This document shows, piece after piece, positions 17,568 to 26,491 of a DNA stretch of 36,062 bases. Made by a program: the position numbers and the translations under genes. The notes below the pieces were generated by a model, which saw only the letters and a list, made by a program, of their open reading frames with translations, was not told the origin of the DNA and made no database searches. Origin of the DNA: a virus (lineage: Duplodnaviria > Caudoviricetes); the IMG/VR virus record IMGVR_UViG_3300023184_000307, positions 1 through 36,062 of that record; one strand, written 5' to 3'. How positions within the stretch are numbered: the stretch's first letter is position 1; the number at the start of each line of letters is the position of its first letter.

Positions 17568-17995
17568 AAACGTCCCACGATACCAAAATCAAAGAGTTCC
17601 ACGAGAAACAGGAAGAAGGAAATTTTGCTGCAATGCTTAACAGAGCGCGTTCAGTTACAGTGGGAACATGCTTTGGTGGCGTAACAGAAATAATGATGAG
17701 GGGAAACGACGGTAAAGTTTTATGGTGCCCTATGGAGCAGCATGAAATTGTGGAGCTTATCCATCAATTGGCCGCGAATATTGGTTGCCATATACACATC
17801 CAGCCACGAAATGATTTTGGTAGCTGGCGACAGTGGAAAGAAGATGCAGCCCCATTCCTTGCAGGTACTGGATTGGCACACTACCCAAACGACCCGTCTC
17901 ATGCCAAAATAGCAAATGAAAATCAACCCGGGCTTAAAACGCCTGTAAGGAGTAACGAAAATGTTGTGGCAACTAAAGAAAATATCAACGGGTGA
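17564..17995 (+). CDS. Hypothetical protein
   Basis: ATGA overlap at 17564; globular sequence. Confidence 0.7.
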   Translation: MKTSHDTKIKEFHEKQEEGNFAAMLNRARSVTVGTCFGGVTEIMMRGNDGKVLWCPMEQHEIVELIHQLAANIGCHIHIQPRNDFGSWRQWKEDAAPFLAGTGLAHYPNDPSHAKIANENQPGLKTPVRSNENVVATKENING

Positions 17996-18341
17996 AACAC
18001 TAAACGAGCCGCAGAAGCTGCCTGAAAACTGGGGGCCCATTTTTGGTCTTCATGGTTTTATTGACCAGCTTGGTGATCTGTCATGGCTTGGTGAAGCATA
18101 CGCTGACCAAGGATGGTTTGTTGTGGGCGAAGCCCCTGCTGAACCTGCGCAATCAACCCCTGCTGAACTTGCTTGGGAAAAAGCCAAAAGATTGTTACGT
18201 GAATCCGACTGGTCGATGTTGCCTGACGTGCCTATGAACAAAACACAAAAAGCTTTGTGGGCTGCTTATCGTCGTGAGCTGCGTGAGATTCGTTTGCATG
18301 CAGAGTTCCCAAACATGAGTTGGCCAGTAGCTCCTGAGTGA
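17961..18341 (+). CDS. Tail fibre assembly chaperone-like protein
   Basis: SD AAGGAG; LLRESDWSMLPDVP...WAAYRRELREI...FP...WP..P. Confidence 0.8.
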   Translation: MLWQLKKISTGETLNEPQKLPENWGPIFGLHGFIDQLGDLSWLGEAYADQGWFVVGEAPAEPAQSTPAELAWEKAKRLLRESDWSMLPDVPMNKTQKALWAAYRRELREIRLHAEFPNMSWPVAPE

Positions 18342-18571
18342 ACAAGTATCTGATTCGTTTCAACAAGTCTCGCGGTCAACCTGATCGCGGGACTATGCTA
18401 CATGTGTGGCGCGTGTTTGAAAACGACATCGAGTACTTGGCCGCAGAGGTCAAAATTAACGTGCCTTCTTGGAGCGAAGTCTCTGAAGGGCCGGACTGGA
18501 ACATTGCGTGTCAAGGATTTATGGCAGTTGACCACGACACCGGCACGGTAACAATTAACGCTAACGAGTAA
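18338..18571 (+). CDS. Hypothetical protein (77 aa)
   Basis: GTGA overlap; IRFNKSRGQP.RG...HVWRVFE. Confidence 0.7.
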   Translation: MNKYLIRFNKSRGQPDRGTMLHVWRVFENDIEYLAAEVKINVPSWSEVSEGPDWNIACQGFMAVDHDTGTVTINANE

Positions 18572-18580
18572 CAGACTGTA

Positions 18581-19342
18581 ATGGCTTGGTTTAACTTAAT
18601 TAAAAAAGACATTGTGTTGCACTGCTACACGTCGCGGTCAGAAGTTTTTAATTACGCGCCTATAAAAAAAGCCAATAGTCACCTTCCCGAGTGGTGGAAG
18701 GCGTTGCCAAAAACATACAAAGCGCATCCTGAAGCACTGCATGATATGCCTACTATGAAGATGTGTGCGGGGTTCACAGATCTTTTTTCAAAAGGATTTA
18801 TTCTTCCGCTATGGAGTGAAGCTGTTATCAAAGTGGGTGGGCAAACAGGACACTCAAAACAAGATTACAGTTACCAATTTGCCGATTCAACTTCGGAAAT
18901 GGGGCATCATTCTGTAGAGGAAAGCAATGATGTATACCCCTGCAGTCAGTATCAGCACTTAAAAATTACTTCGCCTTGGGTTTTTGTTTGTGACGAAGAT
19001 GTTTCATTTATGCAAATTCAGCCAACTTGGAACTTCAGTAACCCGGACGAACTGTTTATGCCTCCCGGGGTGTTGAGCTTTAAATACCAAAGCGCTACAA
19101 ACATAAATATGTTTTATAAAAGACAAGCTCAAGATGTTGTGCATACATTGGAGTTTGGTCAACCGCTGCTTCATTATGTGCCGCTTACCGAAAGAAAAGT
19201 AAAACTTGAGCTGCATTTAGTATCTGATGAAACGTTTAAAAAAATTGACGCCAGAAACAGACGTCTAACATTTTCTGGTAAATACCGACCAAAGAAAACG
19301 GCGCTTAGTGAACGCGGGTGCCCGTTTCATTTTAAACCATAG
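18581..19342 (+). CDS. Phage protein of unknown function (253 aa)
   Basis: PEWWK..P, T.K.C.GF.D....GFILPLW, KITSPW, PGV, GQPL....P; C-terminal GCPFH. Confidence 0.7.
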   Translation: MAWFNLIKKDIVLHCYTSRSEVFNYAPIKKANSHLPEWWKALPKTYKAHPEALHDMPTMKMCAGFTDLFSKGFILPLWSEAVIKVGGQTGHSKQDYSYQFADSTSEMGHHSVEESNDVYPCSQYQHLKITSPWVFVCDEDVSFMQIQPTWNFSNPDELFMPPGVLSFKYQSATNINMFYKRQAQDVVHTLEFGQPLLHYVPLTERKVKLELHLVSDETFKKIDARNRRLTFSGKYRPKKTALSERGCPFHFKP

Positions 19343-19349
19343 AAATAGC

Positions 19350-19442
19350 ATGCGCGATTGGGCTGAAGTTCTTATAATCGCAACTGGCATAACCACTTTC
19401 GTTATGTGGGGCACATTCACCATTTTATGGATATGGCAATGA
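19350..19442 (+). CDS. 30-aa membrane peptide (not in ORF track)
   Basis: MRDWAEVLIIATGITTFVMWGTFTILWIWQ fills the gap between flanking genes. Confidence 0.5.
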   Translation: MRDWAEVLIIATGITTFVMWGTFTILWIWQ

Positions 19443-19445
19443 TTC

Positions 19446-19733
19446 ATGCGTTGGCTCATACTGTTACTGCTGTTGGGGCTAGTTGGAGCCGTAGCCAAGA
19501 GTGGCTGTCATGTCCGGGAGTTCTATGGAATAGCTTACACAGTCCACGATCCAACGCAGCGTCACAAGGAAATGATGGCGTGGTTAGATCAGAACGCAGC
19601 CCATTGCAAGTCAACGGAATACGTAGTTATTTGGAACAACCTGTCCGAGTGGGCGGGTACGGCAGACTCCACATGGCTGCGGGCTAAAGTTGTTCATGGA
19701 TACAAAGATGCACTTGAGCGGGAGAAGAAATGA
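19446..19733 (+). CDS. Exported protein with signal peptide (95 aa)
   Basis: MRWLILLLLLGLVGAVA then a soluble domain with two Cys. Confidence 0.7.
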   Translation: MRWLILLLLLGLVGAVAKSGCHVREFYGIAYTVHDPTQRHKEMMAWLDQNAAHCKSTEYVVIWNNLSEWAGTADSTWLRAKVVHGYKDALEREKK

Positions 19734-19966
19734 TCGACACCATCAAGTTATTTCCGACTGTTCAACCGTCTGGGTATCCCGACAAGCATGACCTTGCCCA
19801 AAAAAAGTTAGAAAAACAGCACGAAGCAAACAGGATTGTTGAGTTAGCCAAGCGCAAGCAGACCGAGATTCAAGATGTAGGGTTTGAGATTTACTGTAAA
19901 AAGGTAGTTCAAGAACGGCTCCGCATGGAGATATTTACAAACCGTAAATTGGATATATATGTATGA
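19730..19966 (+). CDS. Hypothetical protein (78 aa)
   Basis: ATGA overlaps on both sides. Confidence 0.6.
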   Translation: MIDTIKLFPTVQPSGYPDKHDLAQKKLEKQHEANRIVELAKRKQTEIQDVGFEIYCKKVVQERLRMEIFTNRKLDIYV

Positions 19967-20220
19967 AAGAAAATCCAGACGTGGCAGATAAATTGACGTA
20001 TTCTGTAACCTTAATGGTAGCCGCTACCCTTTGCTTGTCTGTGCTGGGTATGGTGGTTGCGTTCCTACTCGGCTTATGGGCTAAGGAAGTGGACAATGCA
20101 GAGATTTTCAGTATGCTTCACCCGGCGTTTCAAACGATCATCGGGGGATTTATTGGGCTACTCGCTGGCGTAAAACTAGGCCAAGGCGATAAACATCACT
20201 GTAAACACTGCGGAGAATAA
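19963..20220 (+). CDS. Two-TM membrane protein, holin-like
   Basis: Two hydrophobic helices; upstream of the endolysin. Confidence 0.65.
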   Translation: MKENPDVADKLTYSVTLMVAATLCLSVLGMVVAFLLGLWAKEVDNAEIFSMLHPAFQTIIGGFIGLLAGVKLGQGDKHHCKHCGE

Positions 20221-20222
20221 CC

Positions 20223-20717
20223 ATGTTAGATATTCTTTCTGGGGGCTTGCTTGGCTCCATCTTTGGCGGCTTGTTCCGCATGGCCCCTGAAGTCCTGAAG
20301 TTCTTTGACAAGAAGAATGAGCGCCAGCATGAGCTTGCTATGTTTGCCCGTCAGTGCGAACTAGAAACGCTACGTGGTCAGCAGAAGCTGGCTGAAATTG
20401 GCGCACAGCGGGAAGCCGCTATGGACGTAGGTGTCATGGATGCGTTTAACAACGCCATCACCCAACAGGCCGAGATGGTTAAAGCCGCAGGCGGTTGGGT
20501 AGCTAGTTTGTCAGCTTCTGTCCGTCCTGTAGTTACATACTGGGTGCTGTTCGTCTGGTCGTTCATTCATGTATGGTTTGCATGGAACGCATGGCTTGCC
20601 GGTGCGCCAGCCGTAGAAGTGTTCAAGACCATGATGACCCCTGACTTTTCAGCCTTGTTGTCTGGGACAATTAACTATTGGTTTCTTGATCGTACTTTAA
20701 AGCAAAGGGGTATTTAA
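20223..20717 (+). CDS. Putative holin (GTA-type 3TM-like)
   Basis: WVASLSASVRPVVTY...YWF..R motif; SD GGAG. Confidence 0.7.
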   Translation: MLDILSGGLLGSIFGGLFRMAPEVLKFFDKKNERQHELAMFARQCELETLRGQQKLAEIGAQREAAMDVGVMDAFNNAITQQAEMVKAAGGWVASLSASVRPVVTYWVLFVWSFIHVWFAWNAWLAGAPAVEVFKTMMTPDFSALLSGTINYWFLDRTLKQRGI

Positions 20718-20834
20718 ATGTCACACGCAAACAATTGTTTAGTTCATGAAGAAGGCCCATGCACCTGTGGGTTTGAAGAGATTCTTGAAGACGAGGCAAG
20801 AGAAGCCGAACAAGAGCATCTTGAACAAGAATGA
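20718..20834 (+). CDS. 38-aa acidic peptide (not in ORF track)
   Basis: MSHANNCLVHEEGPCTCGFEEILEDEAREAEQEHLEQE; abuts the holin stop and has an ATGA overlap with the lysozyme. Confidence 0.55.
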   Translation: MSHANNCLVHEEGPCTCGFEEILEDEAREAEQEHLEQE

Positions 20835-21274
20835 ACTTAGAGTTAGCCGCTGAACTGTGCCGCCGGTATGAGGGGTATCGGGCCAAGCCGTATTTATGTC
20901 CGGCAGGTGTGGCTACGATTGGCTATGGTTCTACCTACTACGCAGATAAACGCAAGGTGACTTTGGAAGACGCTCCGATGGATGAACCCACGGCACGGGC
21001 GCTTTTGATGATTGAACTTGAGCATACGTATCTGCCCGGTGTTCTGCGTAACTGTCCGGGCTTGATTACAGACGTACGTAAGTGCAACGCCATCGTGGAC
21101 TTTGCCTATAATTTAGGCGTTGGGCGCTTGCAAACATCTACGTTAAAGAGGAAAATCAATGCCAATGATTGGGAAGGGGCAAAAGAACAACTGATGCTCT
21201 GGACTAAAGGCGGCGGCAAGGTGTTGCCGGGCTTGCTTAAACGGCGTACCTCTGAGTGCGCCCTACTGGATTGA
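20831..21274 (+). CDS. Endolysin, GH24 phage lysozyme
   Basis: EGYRAKPYLCPAGVATIGYG (E-x8-C-x5-T triad), FAYNLG, STL, W.K.GG..LPGL..RR..E. Confidence 0.93.
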   Translation: MNLELAAELCRRYEGYRAKPYLCPAGVATIGYGSTYYADKRKVTLEDAPMDEPTARALLMIELEHTYLPGVLRNCPGLITDVRKCNAIVDFAYNLGVGRLQTSTLKRKINANDWEGAKEQLMLWTKGGGKVLPGLLKRRTSECALLD

Positions 21275-21277
21275 CCA

Positions 21278-23353
21278 ATGCCATTACAAAAAGTTCTGTT
21301 TAAGCCGGGCGTCAACCGGGAGAATACTCGCTACACAAATGAAGGTGGCTGGTATGAGTGCGATAAGGTTCGTTTCCGCCAAGGCACTCCAGAAGTTATT
21401 GGCGGCTGGCAACAGATTTCTGGCTACACATACAACGGTGTATGTAGGTCATTGTGGAACTGGGTAACGCTTGGCAACCTTAATTTGGTTGGTGTAGGTA
21501 CAAACACTAAGTTCTATATTGAGCAGGGCGGTAACTACAACGACATTACCCCAATTCGCACAACTGTAACGCTTGGTGCAAACCCTTTTTCTGCCAACGG
21601 AACAACGACAGTTACTGTAACGGCTGTAGGACATGGTGCAACGACTGGCACCTTTGTCACTTTTAGCGGCGCTACGGGTACGTACGCATCTACTTTTAAC
21701 GCGCAATATCAGATTACTGTTACCGGTGCAGACGCTTATACGATTACTGTGCCGACAGCTTTGACTGCGGGAGCTTATGGCGGTTCTGCTGTTTCTGCGG
21801 CTTATCAAGTTAACGCAGGTTCTGCATACGCAATCCCACTTACGGGTTGGGGTGCGGGTACATGGGGCGCGGGTACATGGGGTGTAGGCGGTACAAGTGC
21901 TACATCTATCCAGTTGTGGAACCAGATTAACTATGGCCAAGACTTAATCTTTGGCCCCCGTGGTGGCGGTCTTTATTATTGGGCTGCTAGTGGCGGCGTA
22001 ACTACCCGTGGTGTGTTGCTAAGTTCTTTGGGCGGTACAGTTACATTTACTAGCGCATCTCCAACAGTTGTTACTTCTACAGTGGCTTATACAGAAGGCG
22101 CGGCACTTCAGTTCTCTGGGGGTTCTTTGCCAACGGGTGTTACTGCTGGGGTTACGTACTATGTGTTTGAGGTGACAGGTCTGACATTTAAACTGCTAAC
22201 TGCGGCAGGGGCAGCGGTAAACACTTCAACTACTGGCTCGGGTGCGGTGTCCAACATTGTTGACGTACCGGTTGTACAAAATAATTTGACAGTTTCAGAC
22301 TCGTCTCGGTTTGTAATTGTGTTTGGTTGCAACGACTACGGCTTTAGCACTATGGATCCAATGTTAATCCGTTGGTCTGGGCAAAATGATGTTTATAACT
22401 GGACACCTGACCCTACAAACCAAGCAGGGTTTACCCGACTGTCTCACGGCTCACAGATTGTTACGACTGTCCAGACCCGCCAAGAGATTGTGGTATTCAC
22501 CGACTCAAGCGTGTACTCGCTTCAGTACCTTGGCCCTCCATACGTTTGGGCACCGCAACTCCTTGGCGATAACATTTCTATCATTAGCCCTAATGCCGCT
22601 GTGATAGCTTCCGGTGTTATTTATTGGATGGGCGTGGACAAGTTCTATGCCTATGATGGCCGTGTCAATACGCTTAACTGTGACTTGCGCCGCTATGTGT
22701 TTGGTGATCTTAACCAAGAGCAAGCTTTGCAGGTATTTTCAGGAACAAACGAAGGTTTCAACGAGGTCTGGTGGTTCTACTGCTCTGCAAATAGCAACCT
22801 GATCGACAAGTACGTGATTTATAACTACCTTGAAAAAGTGTGGTACTACGGCACGATGGCACGAACAGCGTGGCTTGACTCTGGTTTGCGTGCATATCCG
22901 CTGGCGGCAGTCTATAACTCGACTGCAAGTACAGGCAACCTTGTAAACCACGAACAAGGCATTAATGACAACGCAACTAGTACAACTGCTGCAATTGACG
23001 CTTATATTAGTTCGGCTGAGTTTGATATTGGCGACGGTCATAATTTTGGTTTTGTCTGGCGTGTCCTACCGGATATAACTTTTGGAGATTCTACAAACTC
23101 TCCAGCTAGCGCAGTGCCTGTAGTAACTATGACGCTGTATGGCTTGACCAATTCAGGCTCTGGTAGAACAAGTAGCGCAAGTCAGCCGGTATCTAGTAGC
23201 AGTGCGTACGACATTACCGAAGAGTTCACAGGGCAAATCTTCACCCGTATGCGTGGGCGTCAAATGATTTTTAAGGTTGGCTCAAACCAGATTAACACGA
23301 CTTGGCAGCTTGGCGCTCCCCGTATTGATATTCGCCCTGATGGTAGGAGATAA
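21278..23353 (+). CDS. Tail nozzle / packaged-DNA stabilisation protein (tubular B, P22 gp10-like)
   Basis: KPGVNRE.T, KVRFRQG.PE.IGGW, IRWS, YWMG..FY.YDG, NEVWWFY, R.RGRQ, DIRPDGRR; beta-propeller character. Confidence 0.75.
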   Translation: MPLQKVLFKPGVNRENTRYTNEGGWYECDKVRFRQGTPEVIGGWQQISGYTYNGVCRSLWNWVTLGNLNLVGVGTNTKFYIEQGGNYNDITPIRTTVTLGANPFSANGTTTVTVTAVGHGATTGTFVTFSGATGTYASTFNAQYQITVTGADAYTITVPTALTAGAYGGSAVSAAYQVNAGSAYAIPLTGWGAGTWGAGTWGVGGTSATSIQLWNQINYGQDLIFGPRGGGLYYWAASGGVTTRGVLLSSLGGTVTFTSASPTVVTSTVAYTEGAALQFSGGSLPTGVTAGVTYYVFEVTGLTFKLLTAAGAAVNTSTTGSGAVSNIVDVPVVQNNLTVSDSSRFVIVFGCNDYGFSTMDPMLIRWSGQNDVYNWTPDPTNQAGFTRLSHGSQIVTTVQTRQEIVVFTDSSVYSLQYLGPPYVWAPQLLGDNISIISPNAAVIASGVIYWMGVDKFYAYDGRVNTLNCDLRRYVFGDLNQEQALQVFSGTNEGFNEVWWFYCSANSNLIDKYVIYNYLEKVWYYGTMARTAWLDSGLRAYPLAAVYNSTASTGNLVNHEQGINDNATSTTAAIDAYISSAEFDIGDGHNFGFVWRVLPDITFGDSTNSPASAVPVVTMTLYGLTNSGSGRTSSASQPVSSSSAYDITEEFTGQIFTRMRGRQMIFKVGSNQINTTWQLGAPRIDIRPDGRR

Positions 23354-23355
23354 AC

Positions 23356-23607
23356 ATGGCACAAACCAATGTAACAGCCCCTAGTTTGCCTCTTGCTCCG
23401 TTAGAATACGAACGTCAGTACATGGATAAACTTACTAACGTATTGCGCCTGTACTTTAACCAACTGGACACCCCCGGCCCATTGGCGGGATCAAGCATCA
23501 ATTTGAACATAAACACCTTGCCAACTCAGGCCGATTTAGCTAATCTCCGGGTAGGGGATGTTTACCGTGATACATCAGCAGCAAATGCTTTAAAGATAAA
23601 GGTCTGA
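23356..23607 (+). CDS. Small tail-associated protein (83 aa)
   Basis: SD AGGAG; LPLAP.EY....LRLYFNQLD. Confidence 0.7.
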   Translation: MAQTNVTAPSLPLAPLEYERQYMDKLTNVLRLYFNQLDTPGPLAGSSINLNINTLPTQADLANLRVGDVYRDTSAANALKIKV

Positions 23608-23608
23608 C

Positions 23609-26482
23609 ATGAGCCTACACGTACTAGCAGATCACATGGCATCCAAGGGTCGCAACGGCGATTCAATGCTTGTCCACATGACCCCCCACGAAGTGCAGGG
23701 GCTACAAGCTTTGGCCATGAAACATGGTGGTAATTTAACCATCAACCCTATTACGGGTTTACCCGAAGCTAACTTCTTAAAATCCATACTGCCAATTTTG
23801 GCTGGTTTTGCGCTTGGCCCCGCAGGTATGGGGTTGACGATTGGGGGTTTATCAAGCGCAGCTTCCGCAGGTTTGCTAGTTGGTGGTGTTACTGGATTGG
23901 CTACAGGTAGCTTGTCCAAAGGTTTGATGGCGGGCTTGGGCGCGTATGGTGGCGCAGGTTTAGGTGGTGGGTTAAGTGATTTAGGTGCTGGAGAGTTGGC
24001 ACAAAAAGGGATTTCTGAGAGCATGCCTACGTTAGCTGAAAATGCTACGCAAGCACAAATAGATGCTTATACCCAACAAGTAAAAGACCTCCAAGCTGCT
24101 GGATTACAAAACGCAAGTAAATTGCCTTTAGCTGATAGGTTATCTGCCGGTGTTTCCTCGGCTATGGCGTCTCCCACAGACGCACTTGCGTTTGCCAAAC
24201 AAAACATGTTGCCTCTAGGTGCAGCCGCCGCCCCTATTCTTGCCGACCAGATGGTTCCTACAACCACTAAAATTGCACCTGTGCAAAGCCCCGGTAGAAT
24301 CCGTGAGAAGCGTTGGGATGGCCGTCAGTTCGTGGATGTTGCCAATACAGATGCTGGTGTATTTAACACAAGTGGCCGAAGCTTCTCTGATCCATACCGT
24401 GGTTACAACAACGGCGGTATTGTGGCTTTAGCTAACGGTGGTATGCCCGGTTATGCTGGCGCTGGAAATGGTATTACAGCTTTGGCTGGCGGTGGCGATG
24501 CGGCCCTCGAAGCGTATCAAGCTGGAAATTACGAAGAAGCTAACCGATTACTCGGTGCGGCCGGCATGAGTGCGCAAGACGTCGTAAGCAAATATGGTTT
24601 GAGTCAAGCAGATGCCGCGACTGTGGCAAAAAACTTAGGTTACACGGGCGACATGAGTGGTATTCAGTATGCTGCCCCACCACCCGTAGTTCAAGCCCCT
24701 GTAGCGCCCGTAGTCCAAGCTCAAACAGCTAATACAGTTGCCGCAGCACCTACGTATACGCAATACACACCAGAGCAGATGGGTAGTTATTTAGCAACAA
24801 ATCCAACAGTAGATATAGCCGCAGCAACCAAGGCTACAAATGCTGATCCCGCCGCAGTCAATGCGTACATTGCTAGTTTGACCAGTCCGTTTGTAGGTTC
24901 TACCCTTGACACTCGCGGTTCCGGCACACTTGGCATTTACAATCAACTAACCGCGCAAGGTGTTGATCCTGACGAATACTACAAAGCGGCTTTGGCAAAT
25001 GATCCTAAGTACGCCGGTTGGTCACTGGCCGACATTAAGCGTGGATATAAGTTAGATGAAGGAGCGTACGCACTTTCCAAAAAGTTAAGCGGAAATGTTT
25101 CCGATAAAGACTGGGTTAAGTTCATGGATGAAGGTGGGTATTCCGTGAACGATATGGCGCAAGCATTTGGTCTGTCTACCAGAGAAGTGCAAGCACGCTA
25201 TGACGCAGCAAAAACAAAAACTGTTCCACCTGTTGTTCCACCTGTTGTTCCCCCTGTTGTTCCCCCTGTTGTTCCACCAACCGTAGTCACACCTTCTGTT
25301 GACCATTCCGGTTACCACTGGGACGGTACTAACTGGGTGCCAAACATTTCTGCCACACAGAACACAACTACAAACGTAGCTACACCAACCGATCTGTACA
25401 CAGCACCGGCTTCATCGTTGCCCGTAGGCGTGTCTGGCAACACAGGCCCATCTCAAATTGGTGGCGGTGCTACGATTAACCCCAACGGCACAGTTACAAC
25501 TTCACCACGTATTCCCGGCATCCCAGTTGGTGGCTTCACGGGTATGACAAGTCTACGCGATGCGTACACTAAGGGTGGTGGCAGTCTGGGTTACACATCG
25601 CCGACATATACTGCTGACCAGTTTAATGAAAAGTATGTTAAACGTTTGAGTGGTGATTCCAAGGCCGCCTATGATTACCTCACAGGTAAAGCCGGTGCCG
25701 CGTACCCCACTAAATCTGGTGTGGGTCAAATCTCTCAGGACTATGCTACAGCAGTGCTGGGATACCCTGCACGGGGCAACTTGCCATACATCTACAACAA
25801 AGACACCGGTAGGATGGATGTCAACCCTGACTACGTGGCCCCCGGACGTGATGCCGCAGGCAATGTAACGTACAGCATGTCTACGAACGATGTCAAGAAG
25901 TCGTTGACAGATACGCCGCTGTCTGGCCAAGCTTTATATGACTGGGCGATAGCCAACAACCTTTCTGCCCAACAGATTGCTGACGCTACAGGCCGAAACC
26001 TCTCTAGTGTGTACGCTGACTTCCGCGCAGGCTCCAAAGCTAAAACAGCCGCAGATAAAACCGCCGCTGATCTTGCTGCATCGGCAGGCAACGCTTCTTC
26101 CGAAAGTTCTTCAGGTACGGGCGGTAACGCCGCTGGTGGTTTGCAACAAGCCTACGCTATGGGCGGTATGCCCTATTCTGGTGGTGGATTGGGTACGCTG
26201 GGTGGTTACTCAGATGGTGGCCGTTTGCTCAAAGGCCCCGGTGATGGCGTGTCTGACAGCATCCCTGCAACCATTGGCCGCAAGCAACAACCCGCACGAC
26301 TTGCCGATGGTGAGTTCGTAGTGCCTGCACGTATCGTGTCTGAGTTGGGTAATGGCTCAACAGATGCCGGAGCCAAGAAACTCTACGCCATGATGGATCG
26401 TGTGCAACGTGCACGGGGTAAGACCACAGGCAAAAACAAAGTAGCGGCCAATAGTCGCTCTGACAAATATCTTCCCGCATAA
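23609..26482 (+). CDS. Putative internal virion/ejection protein (957 aa)
   Basis: N-terminal GRNGDSMLVHMTPHEV...TINP.TGLPE, Gly-rich hydrophobic segments, several x-x-GG motifs, C-terminal GPGDGVSDSIPA...LADGEFVV. Confidence 0.7.
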   Translation: MSLHVLADHMASKGRNGDSMLVHMTPHEVQGLQALAMKHGGNLTINPITGLPEANFLKSILPILAGFALGPAGMGLTIGGLSSAASAGLLVGGVTGLATGSLSKGLMAGLGAYGGAGLGGGLSDLGAGELAQKGISESMPTLAENATQAQIDAYTQQVKDLQAAGLQNASKLPLADRLSAGVSSAMASPTDALAFAKQNMLPLGAAAAPILADQMVPTTTKIAPVQSPGRIREKRWDGRQFVDVANTDAGVFNTSGRSFSDPYRGYNNGGIVALANGGMPGYAGAGNGITALAGGGDAALEAYQAGNYEEANRLLGAAGMSAQDVVSKYGLSQADAATVAKNLGYTGDMSGIQYAAPPPVVQAPVAPVVQAQTANTVAAAPTYTQYTPEQMGSYLATNPTVDIAAATKATNADPAAVNAYIASLTSPFVGSTLDTRGSGTLGIYNQLTAQGVDPDEYYKAALANDPKYAGWSLADIKRGYKLDEGAYALSKKLSGNVSDKDWVKFMDEGGYSVNDMAQAFGLSTREVQARYDAAKTKTVPPVVPPVVPPVVPPVVPPTVVTPSVDHSGYHWDGTNWVPNISATQNTTTNVATPTDLYTAPASSLPVGVSGNTGPSQIGGGATINPNGTVTTSPRIPGIPVGGFTGMTSLRDAYTKGGGSLGYTSPTYTADQFNEKYVKRLSGDSKAAYDYLTGKAGAAYPTKSGVGQISQDYATAVLGYPARGNLPYIYNKDTGRMDVNPDYVAPGRDAAGNVTYSMSTNDVKKSLTDTPLSGQALYDWAIANNLSAQQIADATGRNLSSVYADFRAGSKAKTAADKTAADLAASAGNASSESSSGTGGNAAGGLQQAYAMGGMPYSGGGLGTLGGYSDGGRLLKGPGDGVSDSIPATIGRKQQPARLADGEFVVPARIVSELGNGSTDAGAKKLYAMMDRVQRARGKTTGKNKVAANSRSDKYLPA
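25223..25279 (+). repeat. 12-bp coding tandem repeat (VPPV, about 4.7 units)
   Basis: GTTCC[AC]CCTGTT repeated. Confidence 0.9.
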
Positions 26483-26491
26483 GGAATAGAC

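Noticed and set aside
19446-19733. Lipoprotein/o-spanin
   Set aside because: KSGC is a poor lipobox, an AVA signal peptidase I site fits better, and the protein is not Pro-rich.
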